From NCBI GenBank assembly GCA_009914755.4, contig CP068257.2:33696001-33760000 (forward strand): a stretch of DNA of 64,000 bases, read 5' to 3'. The notes under the pieces are model-generated. The model was not told where the DNA came from, made no database searches, and was given only the letters and a program-made list of their open reading frames with translations. Positions 1 through 11,945 of this stretch are shown piece by piece (position 1 is the first letter of the stretch; every line of letters starts with the position of its first letter). Position numbers and translations under genes: made by a program. The stretch comes from the human T2T-CHM13v2.0 reference genome, Homo sapiens.

Positions 1-701
1 CTCTGTGATCCTCTCCACACTTTTTCTCCTTCTTGGTCTGCCAGCTGGATGACACAAAAAATCTAAAGAGAACTTGGGGACCCTAAGGAATCAGGAGCCA
101 CAAATTGGAAAGGTCCCGAGTCTTTGTGCGTACCTGTGAAAGGCCAGTCACTGAGCATCCACATCTAGTGCATGAGCTGGAATTATATTTTTATTATTTT
201 AAATCACTGAGATGTCGAGAGTTTTGTTATTTGAGGGACAAATAGTATGTATCCTAATTAATACAGACATTAAAATGGAATCTTAAAGAAATTTTCTTGG
301 TCATTTTTTTTTTCTAAAGAAACAAACTCACTTGAATTATCAAAGATTTGGGCAATATAGTTGGAAGTATACAGATGTATCTCAAGAATCCTAGGAACAA
401 GGTACAGTCAGTTTTCATGACAGACAGGAACCACAAACTGTAAAGCTATCAACATAAGTTACTCCTTCCGTCTCCCTGGCAGTATATGGAGGCTTATTTC
501 TGGTTTTCTGCGTGCTCTTTATTTCTTTCTTTCTGCCTACAGATTGGCTTTCTTTGCTTCTCAGGTTGCCCTAGAGACCCTCTCAGAGATGATTGGCTCA
601 AGCTGAGCCAAAATGTACTCCCTGGTCGAACCAGCTGTGACTAAAGGGCAGAGCCACCTTGCACAACAGTCAGTTCCCACAGAAAGAAGGGGACCCCCCT
701 T

Positions 702-1071
<370 letters not shown>

Positions 1072-2044
1072 TCAGTGAGACCAACACTTCCCATTTTACT
1101 TTGTAAGTAGTCCTTGGTTTTTACAACTTGCCCATCAATTGATTAAAAAAAAAATTTAGTGGAAGAGTCTTCCCTTTACTTGTCTATTATAATTAAAACT
1201 ATATTGTATTTTTTAAAATAGATTTTATGTTTTTAAGAATAGTATTAGGTTCACAGCAAAATTGAGGGGAGGGGACAGAGATTTTCCATATACTCCCTAC
1301 CCTGCAATGTGCATAACATTCCACTTTATCAATATCCCCTACCGAAGTGGTGCATTTGTTACAACTGATGAATCTAACTTGACATATTATTATCACCCAA
1401 AGTTCATAGTTTACACAACGGTGCACCCTTGATATCCCTTGGAATTGTATCTAAATTATTAAGATGTTATATTCTAGGCTGTTGAAGCAACATGTATCAC
1501 TATATCATCCATCAACAAATTTTAGTTTTGTGATGTTGAACTTCACTCGGATACAAGGTGGAATGTTTTGTTAAAATACTTGAAATCTCCTACTGGCCTT
1601 GACGTTTAGATAAGAACAATTTGTCAGAAACCTATCTCATTATTTCCAGGTAGCAGGATTCATGCAGAGTGTTTGCAACACACTGATGCTGTCTTAATGC
1701 TGAACAATGCTATGTTTTAAGCTTTGGAAAGTGGATATCTCCTGGGTTTACTCTCGAGCTCCCTGTTGGAATGATTTTATACTTCAGCTCTCAGTGGGAA
1801 TCTGCCTCCAACTCCCCAGCTGGATTGCTTTGCTACATTAGGGGCCAATCAGCAGAAGCTGTTTATCTCTCAGAAGAGTATGAGCTGTTGTTTCCCAACA
1901 CACTTAGTGCTCCCTTTTCAGAGACATAAACTGTCATTTTCAGTAAGTAATTTCTATTGAATCACTGGTGCCAGATAACTGAGGATGATAACAAGAGTGA
2001 GATGGTTGCCATGAAAAATTGCTAATATAAAATGTGACGGCCCT

Positions 2045-2345
2045 TCTCAGCAAACTAACACGGGGACAGAAAACCAAACACCACATGTTCTCACTCATAA
2101 GTGTGAGTTGAACAATGAGAACACATGGACATAGGGAGGGGAACATCACACACTGGAGCCTGTCAGAGGGCGGGTGGCAAGGGGAGGGAGACCATTAGGA
2201 CAAATACCTAATGCACGCGGGGCTTAAAACCCAGAAGATGGGTTGATCGGTGCAGCAAACCACCATGGCACACGTATACCTGTGTAACAAAGCTGCACGT
2301 TCTGCACATGTATCCCAGAACTTAAAGTACAATTTTTAAAAAATG
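2045..2345 (+). mobile_element. LINE-1 3'-terminal fragment (3' UTR end, L1PA/L1PB-like), ending in a short A-run
   Basis: Contains accaaacaccacatgttctcactcataagtgtgagttgaacaatgagaacacatggacataggga ... taatgcac...gggttgatcggtgcagcaaaccaccatggcacacgtatacctgtgtaacaaagctgcacgttctgcacatgtatcccagaacttaaagtacaatttttaaaaaa. This matches the L1 3'-end consensus as I remember it. Confidence 0.85.
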
Positions 2346-5300
2346 TGATGGTCCGTCCTTAGCTTGCACAAGCAAGGATGACAGAAATGACACCAGAGAG
2401 AGGGAAGCACCACAAACTGATTAGGTAGAGTAATTCCAGGGGTCTTTTTCCAGAGATACCTCCCTGTTACTGAGCAAGGGACAAGGATTGGGGAAGGAAA
2501 GGTGACATTGTTGAAAAAATACACAAAGATGGCATCTCTTAAAAAGGACTGAGGTTTCTGCCTTCCCTTAGATTGGAGCTGTGAATATGTGAGGCAGATT
2601 TGAAATGGAATCAGGTAATTAAGACATATCCAGGGCGGGGAGAGCTTTCAGAAAGTCTGAAGTGCTGGCCAAGACTGAGGCTCAGGGAAAGTCAGAGCCA
2701 TAGAAACCGGCCACAAGCTGCAGAGACTCATAAGATATCTGGACCCAAATGGCTCAACCAACCATGGAGCAGATGGAGGACAGTCAGAAGAGCAGGAGGT
2801 TCAGGAAATCTCAGCTACCGTATTTCCATTTATCAGTTGTCTATTGTGTGTTATTTGCCATTTTTGACTTCTTTTCTGATTACTTTGTGGTAGAGAGTTC
2901 TGAAGAGTGAGAGGCCCAGGCCATGCCTTTCACATTCTTCAGAGGGTCTCAGGGTGCCCATAAGTGCAAGCTTGCCAGAAAACTAGCAAGAGCACCCATT
3001 TGCAGCACTTACCAAGGAGAGGCACTTTAGTAAGGGCTACACATCTCCACCAGAGTCCAGGAATAAACTATTATCATCATTACATTACAAATAAGGAAAC
3101 CAAGGCTCACAGAAGCTATGGTACTTGGGAAAACTGGGACATGAATCTTGTTCTCTATAACTTCAGAGCCCACCTCTAACCACAGAAATCTGCTTCTCTC
3201 TAGCTGTATGGGATAATCAAGGAAGGTATACTCAACTTTTATTGCATGAAGAGTTCTGATGTGCATAAAGAGCTCTGATGTGGTCCAAGAATCAACAGCT
3301 GTGTATTTCTTGCTTCTTTGTTCTGGCTTCAGACACTTTGTGGAGGAGCTGACTTTGGTTGGAATGGTTGGGTCAGATAAATTATTTCAGGGCTAAGCAG
3401 AGTTCTCAGAGATGCACAGCCATGGGGCATTACAGCAGCAGCATCACAGCCATAGTTAGGAGAATGAGGATCAGAGCCTGGTGAAGCTCATGTATGAACT
3501 TCTGGGAGCCTCAAGTTTTGGGTGCATCTCAGAAATGAAAATGGTCAGCAGAGTGCAAATGCAGAAGCAGTAGGCAGGACTGGGGTTGTCCCAGGCTTCA
3601 CAGCAAGGACCCTCCTGCTCCCATGGTGCTGAGCTTCGGATGCGGTTAGGAGGAAGCACTTACTGCACAATGTGGGGGAAGGCATGACGGCTTGAAAGAA
3701 GCAAAGACATCAGGAAGAACTGCACTGTTCCAGTGCCTTTGGGATGCTATTTTTCAAAAGAAGCTGGTTCCTGCCACCCACCCCCGACATTTTGAAATTC
3801 AGCAGAACCATCACTGTTGGCAAACATTTGCTGCTGACTCTCTGAAAGGCTATGTTGTTATCTTATCAACCCGGCTGACTCAGAGAACCATGCGTCAAGG
3901 AGGGGCGAGAGTCTAGTAGATTAGATGCAATCTGGGGTATTCCCCAGTCTGGGGTTATGATTCTAGGATGGCATGATGCCTGTTGATGTAGCCTACTGCC
4001 TGGCCTTGTTTTGGGAGCCCCTGCTCCCCAAACTCACTTTGGCTGCCATTATCCAAGACTACAGGTGACCATTTTACCTCAGAGTCTTCCTCTTCCTGGG
4101 AGTATCCCTGTGGTCCTCTGCCTCCTTGGCCTCTCTGTGCAGTGTTCTTGGTGTCTAGTCACTTAATGCCACAGACTGTACAGAAGACCTCTGTGTGCAC
4201 CTTTGAAGTCATCTAGACCATTCCCATCCCATTCTTCCTTCAGTCACTGGAGTTTATGGACAATGCATTGTTACAGAAAACCCATTCTTGATGTCTTTGG
4301 AGTCCATGGGTTTTAAGAAGCAAATTCTAGCAGGGCTAAGAGCCTGCAAGGGTAATTAATAGATGACTAGAAGTCAGTCAATTAGCAGATCTCATTAGAA
4401 CGTGGTCTTTTTAAGTCATCAATTGTCTCACCCAGCCACCACCGATGTGGAAGTTCAGCCGACACCTGCAGACCACTCAGCACATCACAGAGCACAACTG
4501 CCAGGGGGGGCTTGTCCATTGGATTTGGGCTGCCTGGCCTTTGTGTGTCACCCAGTAGAAGTGAGGCCCACCCACGCCATAAGAGTTGCTGAGCCGAGTG
4601 AGAACTGCCTCATGGGGACACTCCTACTCTTGGCCAGACATCCCAAGCACTCCTAAAGTAGAAGTGATGATGCTATGGAAGTGAGAGCATAAGGCAACTG
4701 GGCTTCTGCAGGAATACACGGCGGTTCAAACTCACCATGTTACAGTTGGGAACTTGCTCAGGGCATAAGCCCACCTATGCCAGCTAGAGGCAGGCACCAT
4801 TACCCTATGCAGGGCTAAGCAGAAGAAGCATGGGGTTTAAGTTTAAGCCTCGAGCAGACAGGACTCCCACTGACCCTTGGTTCCTACATCATACACATTA
4901 TGTTTCCAATGGGGAACTCAGGAGGAGCAAGGTAATGGTGCCCTGTGGGCGAGGCTGTACAAGGGACATTCTAGGGCAGAGGTAGGATGGCTGCAAGCTG
5001 GGGAGCAGCAGGGCTACAGTGCCAGTGAGATCCAGCAGGGCTCCAGGAAAGGTCACTGGGTCTTGTCTATGTTGGGACACGCAGTGGCAGGCTTTGGCAG
5101 CTGTGAACATCAGCAGTTAGTGCCAACAGGGCATCCTGTGATCAATTAGGATAAGGATATGTTCAAGGAGTCAAGAGGACCCAGAGAAGAAAAGGGTACC
5201 TGTATCCAGATATGAGGACCCCATTCCACCTCTGCCCTAATGACAACATAGGCCACCCGCTGTGTCTAGATGCTATCTTGAAAAGTAGAACTTGGCTGGC

Positions 5301-8300
5301 CAGGGGGTATGGGGTAAAAGGGAAGGTATTAGAAAAAAAAAAAAGTTAAAAAACCTTGAAAAAAATTGACATTTTCCCAAAAGAGGTGACATTAATCCAA
5401 AGTAAGACTATGTTTTAAATGATGTACATTATTAGGCAGTTGCGGCCATCTAGAATGATGCTGCCCAATATAACAGCCCACAGTTGCATGTGACAATTTA
5501 GATTTCAATCAGCTAAAACTAAATAAAATAAAAGATTCAGTTCTTCAGTGGCACCAATCACATTTCAAGTGCTCATAGCCACATGTGGCTCTTGGCTACC
5601 ATGTTAGACAGAGCAGATATGGGCCATTTCCATCATCACAGAAAGTACCACTGGACAATGCTGGTCTAAAACACAAGCCCAGGATAGCAGGCCTCTTCTC
5701 TGTCTTATTCACCACAGTATTTGCAGGCATCTAGAGAGAGCCCAGCACATAAGTGAAATACGGTCAAGAATTTTCCTAAAGTTCAGCTCTTTAAAATATG
5801 GTCCTCATCAACCTGTCCAGGCTTTGTTTTTCATTATTTATTCATTCATTAAACATAGATTTATATTTACTGATGTGCCGGGTGCTCTGCTAGATGCTGA
5901 GGATGAAAAATAAGACATAATCTCCATCCTCACAGAGCTCACTTCTACTGGGAAGACAGCAAATCGACTAGACAACTGGTCCACCCAATAATTACAGGTG
6001 GAGAAAAACACTATAAAGGAAAGAAACATGATGGAAAAGGCCACAAGCAGCTGCTGCCAATAGAATAGTTGGGGAAGGTGTCTTCGAGCAGGGGACACTC
6101 CAGCCAAGACCAGAAGCTCCTTGAATCCCTCTTCCCAGTCTGCCACAGTGGGTGGTACCTAAAAGCACTCAGTCAATAGTCGGTGGATGAATCACTGAGA
6201 AGGAGCCAGGTATTCAAAGGATCGGGGAAGGGCATTGTTGGCAAATTGGGTCTGAAACCTTTAATGTGAGACTGAGCTTGATCGGTGTGAATAGCAGAAA
6301 GAATACCACTAAGGCTGGAGCAGAATCAGCAGGTGGGAGAGAGAGGTGAGTTGGGATTTGAAGCAATATGGGGGCCTCTTGCTTAGGGGTGCATGACATG
6401 ATCTGATGTATGTTTAAATAAGACCACTCTGGCCACTCCACGGAGACTGCATTGGGATGGGGAACAGGTAGCAAAAGCAGAAGCAGGGAGTTCCGCAAGC
6501 AACCTTGGGCAGCGCCCAGCGAAGAGATGATGGTGATGCCAGCTTGGAGCAGGCTGAGAGCTGTCGGCATGGAGATGTGGCCACGCCCCACTATGTGTCA
6601 GTGAAATTGGAATTAGTGTCTCCAAGGCTATTCCTGCTGTCCTTCCTGTTCTGCTTCCCACCTCCCTCCCCACTTCTCCTGCCTCGGCTTGGGATGCTCT
6701 TCCCTCTCATTTTCACTTTCAAAATTCCACCTTACCCTTCAGTGCTCTCAGAAGTTATCGTCCCCCTTGGCAAAGTCTTCCCTGATTGTTGTGGCCGGAT
6801 ATAATTTGCCTATGCTTGGAAACCTTACAGCACTGACTCTACATGCCATCTGCATATGCAGCATTTAGCACACTGCCTGAAATCTGATTGAACTTGGTCT
6901 TCTGTATTCCATGGAGAACCACTAGATGACTTGGGCCTCATAAACATCTTCTTGTACCCTCTTTCAGGGTTAGCACCTAGTCCACTATCTTACATATGAG
7001 TACTCAAAACTATTTGTTGAAGGAACAAAGGACTGTCTCTGTGCTTGCTGGTGTGTATCGTTCTCTTCATTTAACATCTCATTTTTATTTGCATAACCCC
7101 ACCTCTTTGAATATCATTTGCTAACCAACTCTATGGAGGAAATACAAAACTATTCTTTTAAACATAGGATCTGTCCCTGGTGGGCTGCACTTGGCAGCAG
7201 CAATGGTCTGAAACCTCCAAAGACTTGGTAAGAGCTGTGGGGAAGTGCAAAGAGTGTTCAATTAACTCTCCTTACTCAAAGTAAATGGAGGTACTTAAGC
7301 CAACAGCCGTATATTCTCAATTGCTCTTATGACCAGACTGTGAACTCCTTAAACACGATTTATTCATCTCAGTTCGTGCAACACGGCATGTGCCTGGTGC
7401 ACAGTAGGCTCTCCAGACATGTTGGTTGAATGGATAAATCATAATATGAGCATTGAGCCTTCTGCTGGGCCCACTTGGAAGGCAATAAACCGCATAGTGG
7501 TGGCTCACCCCGGAATTACGGAGTCCTCTGAGAGGCAGGTCTCACCACCATGGAGAAGGTAGCACTACCATTTTACTGCACAGTCTTCCCAAATTTATGC
7601 GTTAAAAGTGTGCAGCAAGTAGGTAAAAATGCAAAGATAAACCTGATCAATTGTTTCTGTCTTACCCATCACCTGCCACCACGGAGAGTCATTGTTTTCT
7701 GTCTACTGCTTTCATTCATCTTTTTCCTTGCCCTGAAGCCGTTTTTCAGGGTTCCTGGCAAGGGGCCACCCTCCTTCCCTCATCCGATCAGGCCAGAAGA
7801 CAGCGTGAGTTGCTCTTTTCCCTTTTTCTTCTTTGTTTTCTTTTGTAAAGAGTTTCCATGCATGTTATTTGTAAATATCAGTACTATGTGTTTTTTGGCA
7901 TTAGCTTAGAGTATCTAATTTGTGATATCTTCCAGTTCATTACTTATAGTCTTAATTTCAGGAGCAAAAATGAGAGGATCTCTAGGCAGGAAGCTGTAAA
8001 CGAGGCTCCATGTGCAGTACATGTTTGGCCCAGGTCTTCCATGAGTATTCTACGTTTGCTACCATCCCTGAAATAAGTGCTTCCTTCCTCCTCTTTTTTT
8101 CCTCGTGGTGAGGGGAGGGGAGGGGGTTCCTCCTATTTTCTGCAACTGTTTACTTAAGCAGGCATCAATAATTCAGGACATCAGCTCCATTTCTGAAAGC
8201 CCAGGTGAGGGCAAAGGGCTTAGCACCAGGCCAGCGGCTCATTTACTCGCTCCTGCAGGACTCCACAGAGATTGCACCAGGCTCCTGCCCGGCCAGACCT

Positions 8301-9999
8301 CAGCCACACTTGAAGAGGGGAAGACGGTAAGCATTGACTTCAGAGTTCAGATCTCCTTTGTTTTCTTTCCTTAGCTACTTACCAGTTTCCCTGAACCTAT
8401 GAAGATGCCAGAGGCCGTCTCTGGAGTGAGGCCTCTCTGTTGGTTTTGAGCTGCAGCATGCCACCCAGAGCAGCCTCTGATCCCAGCCTCAGACCCAGGC
8501 TTCTGAAACCAGACCAGGTAAGGAGAATTTGAATTTATTCCTTAATTTGACAAATGTTTATGAGACTCAAAGATGAAAATGTGGCTGTGACTTAAGAGAG
8601 GCAGAATTAAAGCCTGAGCTATACTTTCTTTATACCTAAGGTCAGAAGGCAACTGAGACATGGTCTCACATCTGGGATATGTGTAAGTTTCAGGACTGCA
8701 GGGACCTACGTAAACAGGTATTTATAGCCTCTTCCTCCTGAAATGATTCAAGGTGCTGGGTCTCTTTGTTCTGCAATTGAGTCTGGTTTCTCCAAGAAGT
8801 CCTCAAACATCTCTCCTTAAGTTCAAAATGTCTCCTTGAAAATAAAACCTAACTGGTCTGAGACATTATTTGGGATTTCTAGTTCAAAATGTGAGAAATG
8901 ACTCCTACTGCCAGGATAAAGGCACAAGTACATTTGTCCATCTCTGCCACCCTTTCCACCCCCAGCCCTACATGCCCCACTCCTACCTTCAGCCGGGTCA
9001 CTTGTAACCTCTGACTGGGGAGGGTCATCTCTATTTTCAAAAATATCCAGAGAAGACCAAGAACATTCCTTGATATCTCCACTCTCTCATGCAATGATCC
9101 TCAACAGCAACACAAACTTCTTATACCCCAAAACACTCAGACCACTTTTGAGAGCTCTTCCTCTCTTTCATCTCTCCCAATCAATCAACGATGGATCATT
9201 TGCCACCATTCTTCTGATAGTCACAATTTGATTAACTCAAAGGCGTTTTACAGTTGTGTTTATAGTTCTGCTTCCATGAACTCTCTCCTGCAGTTGCTTA
9301 ACTAATCTTTCCCTGCCCCAGACTTTGTCTAGTCCAGTGTATACTGCAAAGTATTGCCAGTCTAATCTCTCTATGACAGTTCTGATCAAGCCACTCCCCA
9401 ACCCATCCCACTCCAAACACCCTACCCCCATCAAAGGTATATGGCTGGTAAGTGACCTGAGCGAGATCTCTCTAGGAGACCCACTGATACTCATGCCTTA
9501 CGCCGAGCTCTCGGAATTTTCCGAGCATCTCTTTTGCTCTCTGGTGTCTCCACCATTCACCTCTTAAGACTCTCTCAACCCAGCAGGCTACCCTCCGTTC
9601 GCATTTCTACCTGTCAAGATCCTATCCATTCACCGAGCGTCACAGGAGAATTGTAGTTTATTACATAGGGTCCTTGGCCTACTTGCTCATAGTAGGTCTA
9701 GCTGGGAAGAGAGATGTAAACACAGACATTTGAATGCATACAGTGCTTTGGGGGCTGCTAAGGGGACAGAGCATAGGAGCCCTTAGCCTTTGTAGAGATG
9801 ACATTTAAACAGCTTCTTGCTGGGCAGGAAAAAGTTGGCCATATAAAGAAGTTGGTGGAAGGGTATTGCAGATAAAGGGAACCACATCAGCAAAGGAAAC
9901 TAAAAAGTGTTCATTAGAGAACATAGTATGCAGTCAAGACGGGCCCAAGCCATTATCAAGAACTTCCCACATAGCAAGAAGGCTTGGCACCACACCCTT

Positions 10000-10205
10000 T
10001 GCTTGGCCTACCTTGTTTCACTCACCTCATACCCTGTAAGGTGGATACTGTTAGCATCGAAGCTGTTTTACAGATGAAGACACTGAGACACAAAGAAATG
10101 GAGTAACAGCCAGGTTCACACAGATAGCAAGTTAAGTGTGGAGCCCAGCTTTGAACCCAGGAATCTGACTACAAAAACTGAACTCTACATAGCTATTCCT
10201 CTTCA
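10000..10205 (-). mobile_element. MIR SINE fragment (core region)
   Basis: gttttacagatgaagacactgagacacaaagaaatggagtaacagccaggttcacacagatagcaagttaagtgtggagcccagctttgaacccagg is the reverse complement of the MIR core ...gttcgaatcccggctctgccacttactagctgtgtgaccttgggcaagttacttaacctctctgtgcctcagtttcctcatctgtaaaatgg. Confidence 0.75.
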
Positions 10206-10337
10206 GCTGAGAATGCAGTTACAGAAAAAGGCCAAGGTGCCTTCAAAGTTCTGTAGTTAGTGGGTTCCAGGTGTGGCTTTGCATCAGTTACTTGTGCCAC
10301 GGACACTTTCTCGGTTTTAGTTTCTTCATCTATAGCC

Positions 10338-10572
10338 GTGTTTCCCAACAGGGAGTGATTGTACCCCGCCCCCCGCCCCGGGGCACATTTGGCAATATCA
10401 GGATACATTTTGGATGGATATAGTGGAGGTGGGGTGGGGGAGCGCTATACAACCAGTGGGCAGAAGCCAAGGATGCTGCTCAACATTGTGCAATGGATAG
10501 CAACAGGGCCCCCACCACAAAGAATGATCTGACCCCAGTATCAACAGCACTGAGGCTGAGAACATCTGCTTT
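10338..10572 (+). mobile_element. hAT-type MITE fossil (MER30-like; name from memory), copy A. Carries a GC-rich expansion ccccgccccccgccccgggg near its 5' end.
   Basis: Body ...ggcacatttggcaatatcaggatacattttgg...ggatgctgctcaacattgtgcaatggatagcaacagggcccccaccacaaagaatgatctgaccccagtatcaacagcactgaggctgagaac. It is homologous to the copies at 19145-19368 and 57688-57836 in this same window. Confidence 0.55.
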
Positions 10573-10599
10573 ATGGAGGAGGCTTAAGACCCACACATG

Positions 10600-10810
10600 C
10601 ACCCCACATCACTGACTATTCTAAGTGTTCCAGGAGCTAACGTGCACAAAACTCCCGTGGCAGAAACTATTGGCTGAAACTGCAAAGTTCCCAGGGGGAC
10701 TCGATCCTCTTGGGTGGATCTTCTTCGAGTTTACTTCAATGACAAGATCCACGTCCTCCATGAACCCCGTGTTTTCTTCAAATAAAGTCCTGCAGGCCCA
10801 CGTGGCTGCC
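10600..10810 (+). repeat. Left member of a divergent (~75% identical) direct-repeat pair. The partner is at 11735-11945.
   Basis: Compare attctaagtgttccaggagctaacgtgcacaaaactcccgtggcagaaactattggctgaaactgcaaagttcccagggggactcgatcctcttgggtggatcttcttcgagtttacttcaatgacaagatccacgtcctccatgaaccccgtgttttcttcaaataaag with attctgaatgttctgggcactaatgtggatgaaactcatt...gccagagactattggcttaaaccgcagtctctgaggggacccagtcctcctgggtggctcttctctgtgtttgcttcagtgatagaatcctctttctacatgaaccctgtgttttctttagaatacaa. Confidence 0.6.
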
Positions 10811-11734
10811 TGGGCTGCTGGCAGCAGCCTCTTAGCTCCCGCTGCACTGGGTTTTCTCTTGGAGGTTGCACCCCTTGCCGTGACTGTGTTTCATCTCGCC
10901 TGTTCCTGGCATTGCCTCTGACAGCTGGACTTACTGAGAGACCAGGCCCCAGATGAAAATTCTCAGCACGGCCCCACCATGCTCCCTGGCCCAACCCAGG
11001 CTGGAGTAAGACAGTCAGACATTTCTTCTCTGCTTAGTATTCATCTTTCTTTCCCCAGTTATCTGTATTTACTTTGAAAATCATTTCCTCTGTTTTACTC
11101 GGTTTGCCTTTGAGCCCAATTGCCTGCTCAGTTCCCTGTCCCTTCTGTTTATTTCTACTTCTCATTTTTCCCATTGATCAGATGCCCTGGAAATATAGCA
11201 GGAACAGTGTGTTCCCTGTAATATTTGGTTACACTTAATATTTCTCAGCAAAATGTAGCCTTGGAACACCAAGCGGTAAAAATCCAGGCCTGCTCTGCTT
11301 ACACTGGACATCGGCTTCAGCACAGGCTCCGATTCATTTCGGATCTATTCCCTCCTTAAAGGGGAGTCACACCCAGCCTACAGCAGGAAGGTGCCTCAGC
11401 AGGCGAACTGCCAAGCATGTGCACAGAAAGCTGTTTCCTCAAATAAGTGCACGGCTATAACACAGTAGGTGCTTGACTGAATAAAGATACGGCACCCTGT
11501 GAAAGTGCCAGATGAATATGCTGTCGAATCCCACAACTCTTCCGTAAACACAGTTTTTCTAGATCAGCCTTTGCCATCAGGGCTACTAATCCTAATTTTC
11601 CCTGATGCCACTTTATGATTATGTGACTCAAACTGAGAACTAATGAAACTCTTTCGTGCCACAGTCGTCCTTACAGGCCCCTTTGGTGAGCGGATGAAAG
11701 CTATGCAACTTTTCTCCAGAACTGCCTTGCCTGC

Positions 11735-11945
11735 CTCACAGAATATTCTGAATGTTCTGGGCACTAATGTGGATGAAACTCATTACTTAGGAATGCATTT
11801 GCCAGAGACTATTGGCTTAAACCGCAGTCTCTGAGGGGACCCAGTCCTCCTGGGTGGCTCTTCTCTGTGTTTGCTTCAGTGATAGAATCCTCTTTCTACA
11901 TGAACCCTGTGTTTTCTTTAGAATACAATATTTAGTTAACCCTCA
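11735..11945 (+). repeat. Right member of the divergent direct-repeat pair (partner at 10600-10810)
   Basis: See the partner entry. The two copies are in the same orientation and about 1.13 kb apart. Confidence 0.6.

Noticed and set aside
3990-4400. Possible unnamed interspersed repeat or conserved element (moderately GC-rich, splice-like motifs)
   Set aside because: I could not match it to any consensus from memory and saw no internal structure such as TIRs, TSDs or direct repeats. There is not enough evidence to call it a feature.
8095-8130. CpG island or promoter call for the GC-rich patch
   Set aside because: The patch (cctcgtggtgaggggaggggagggggttcc) is G-rich but contains only one or two CpGs and spans less than 100 bp. 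It does not meet CpG-island criteria. I kept it only as supporting context for the candidate-exon finding.
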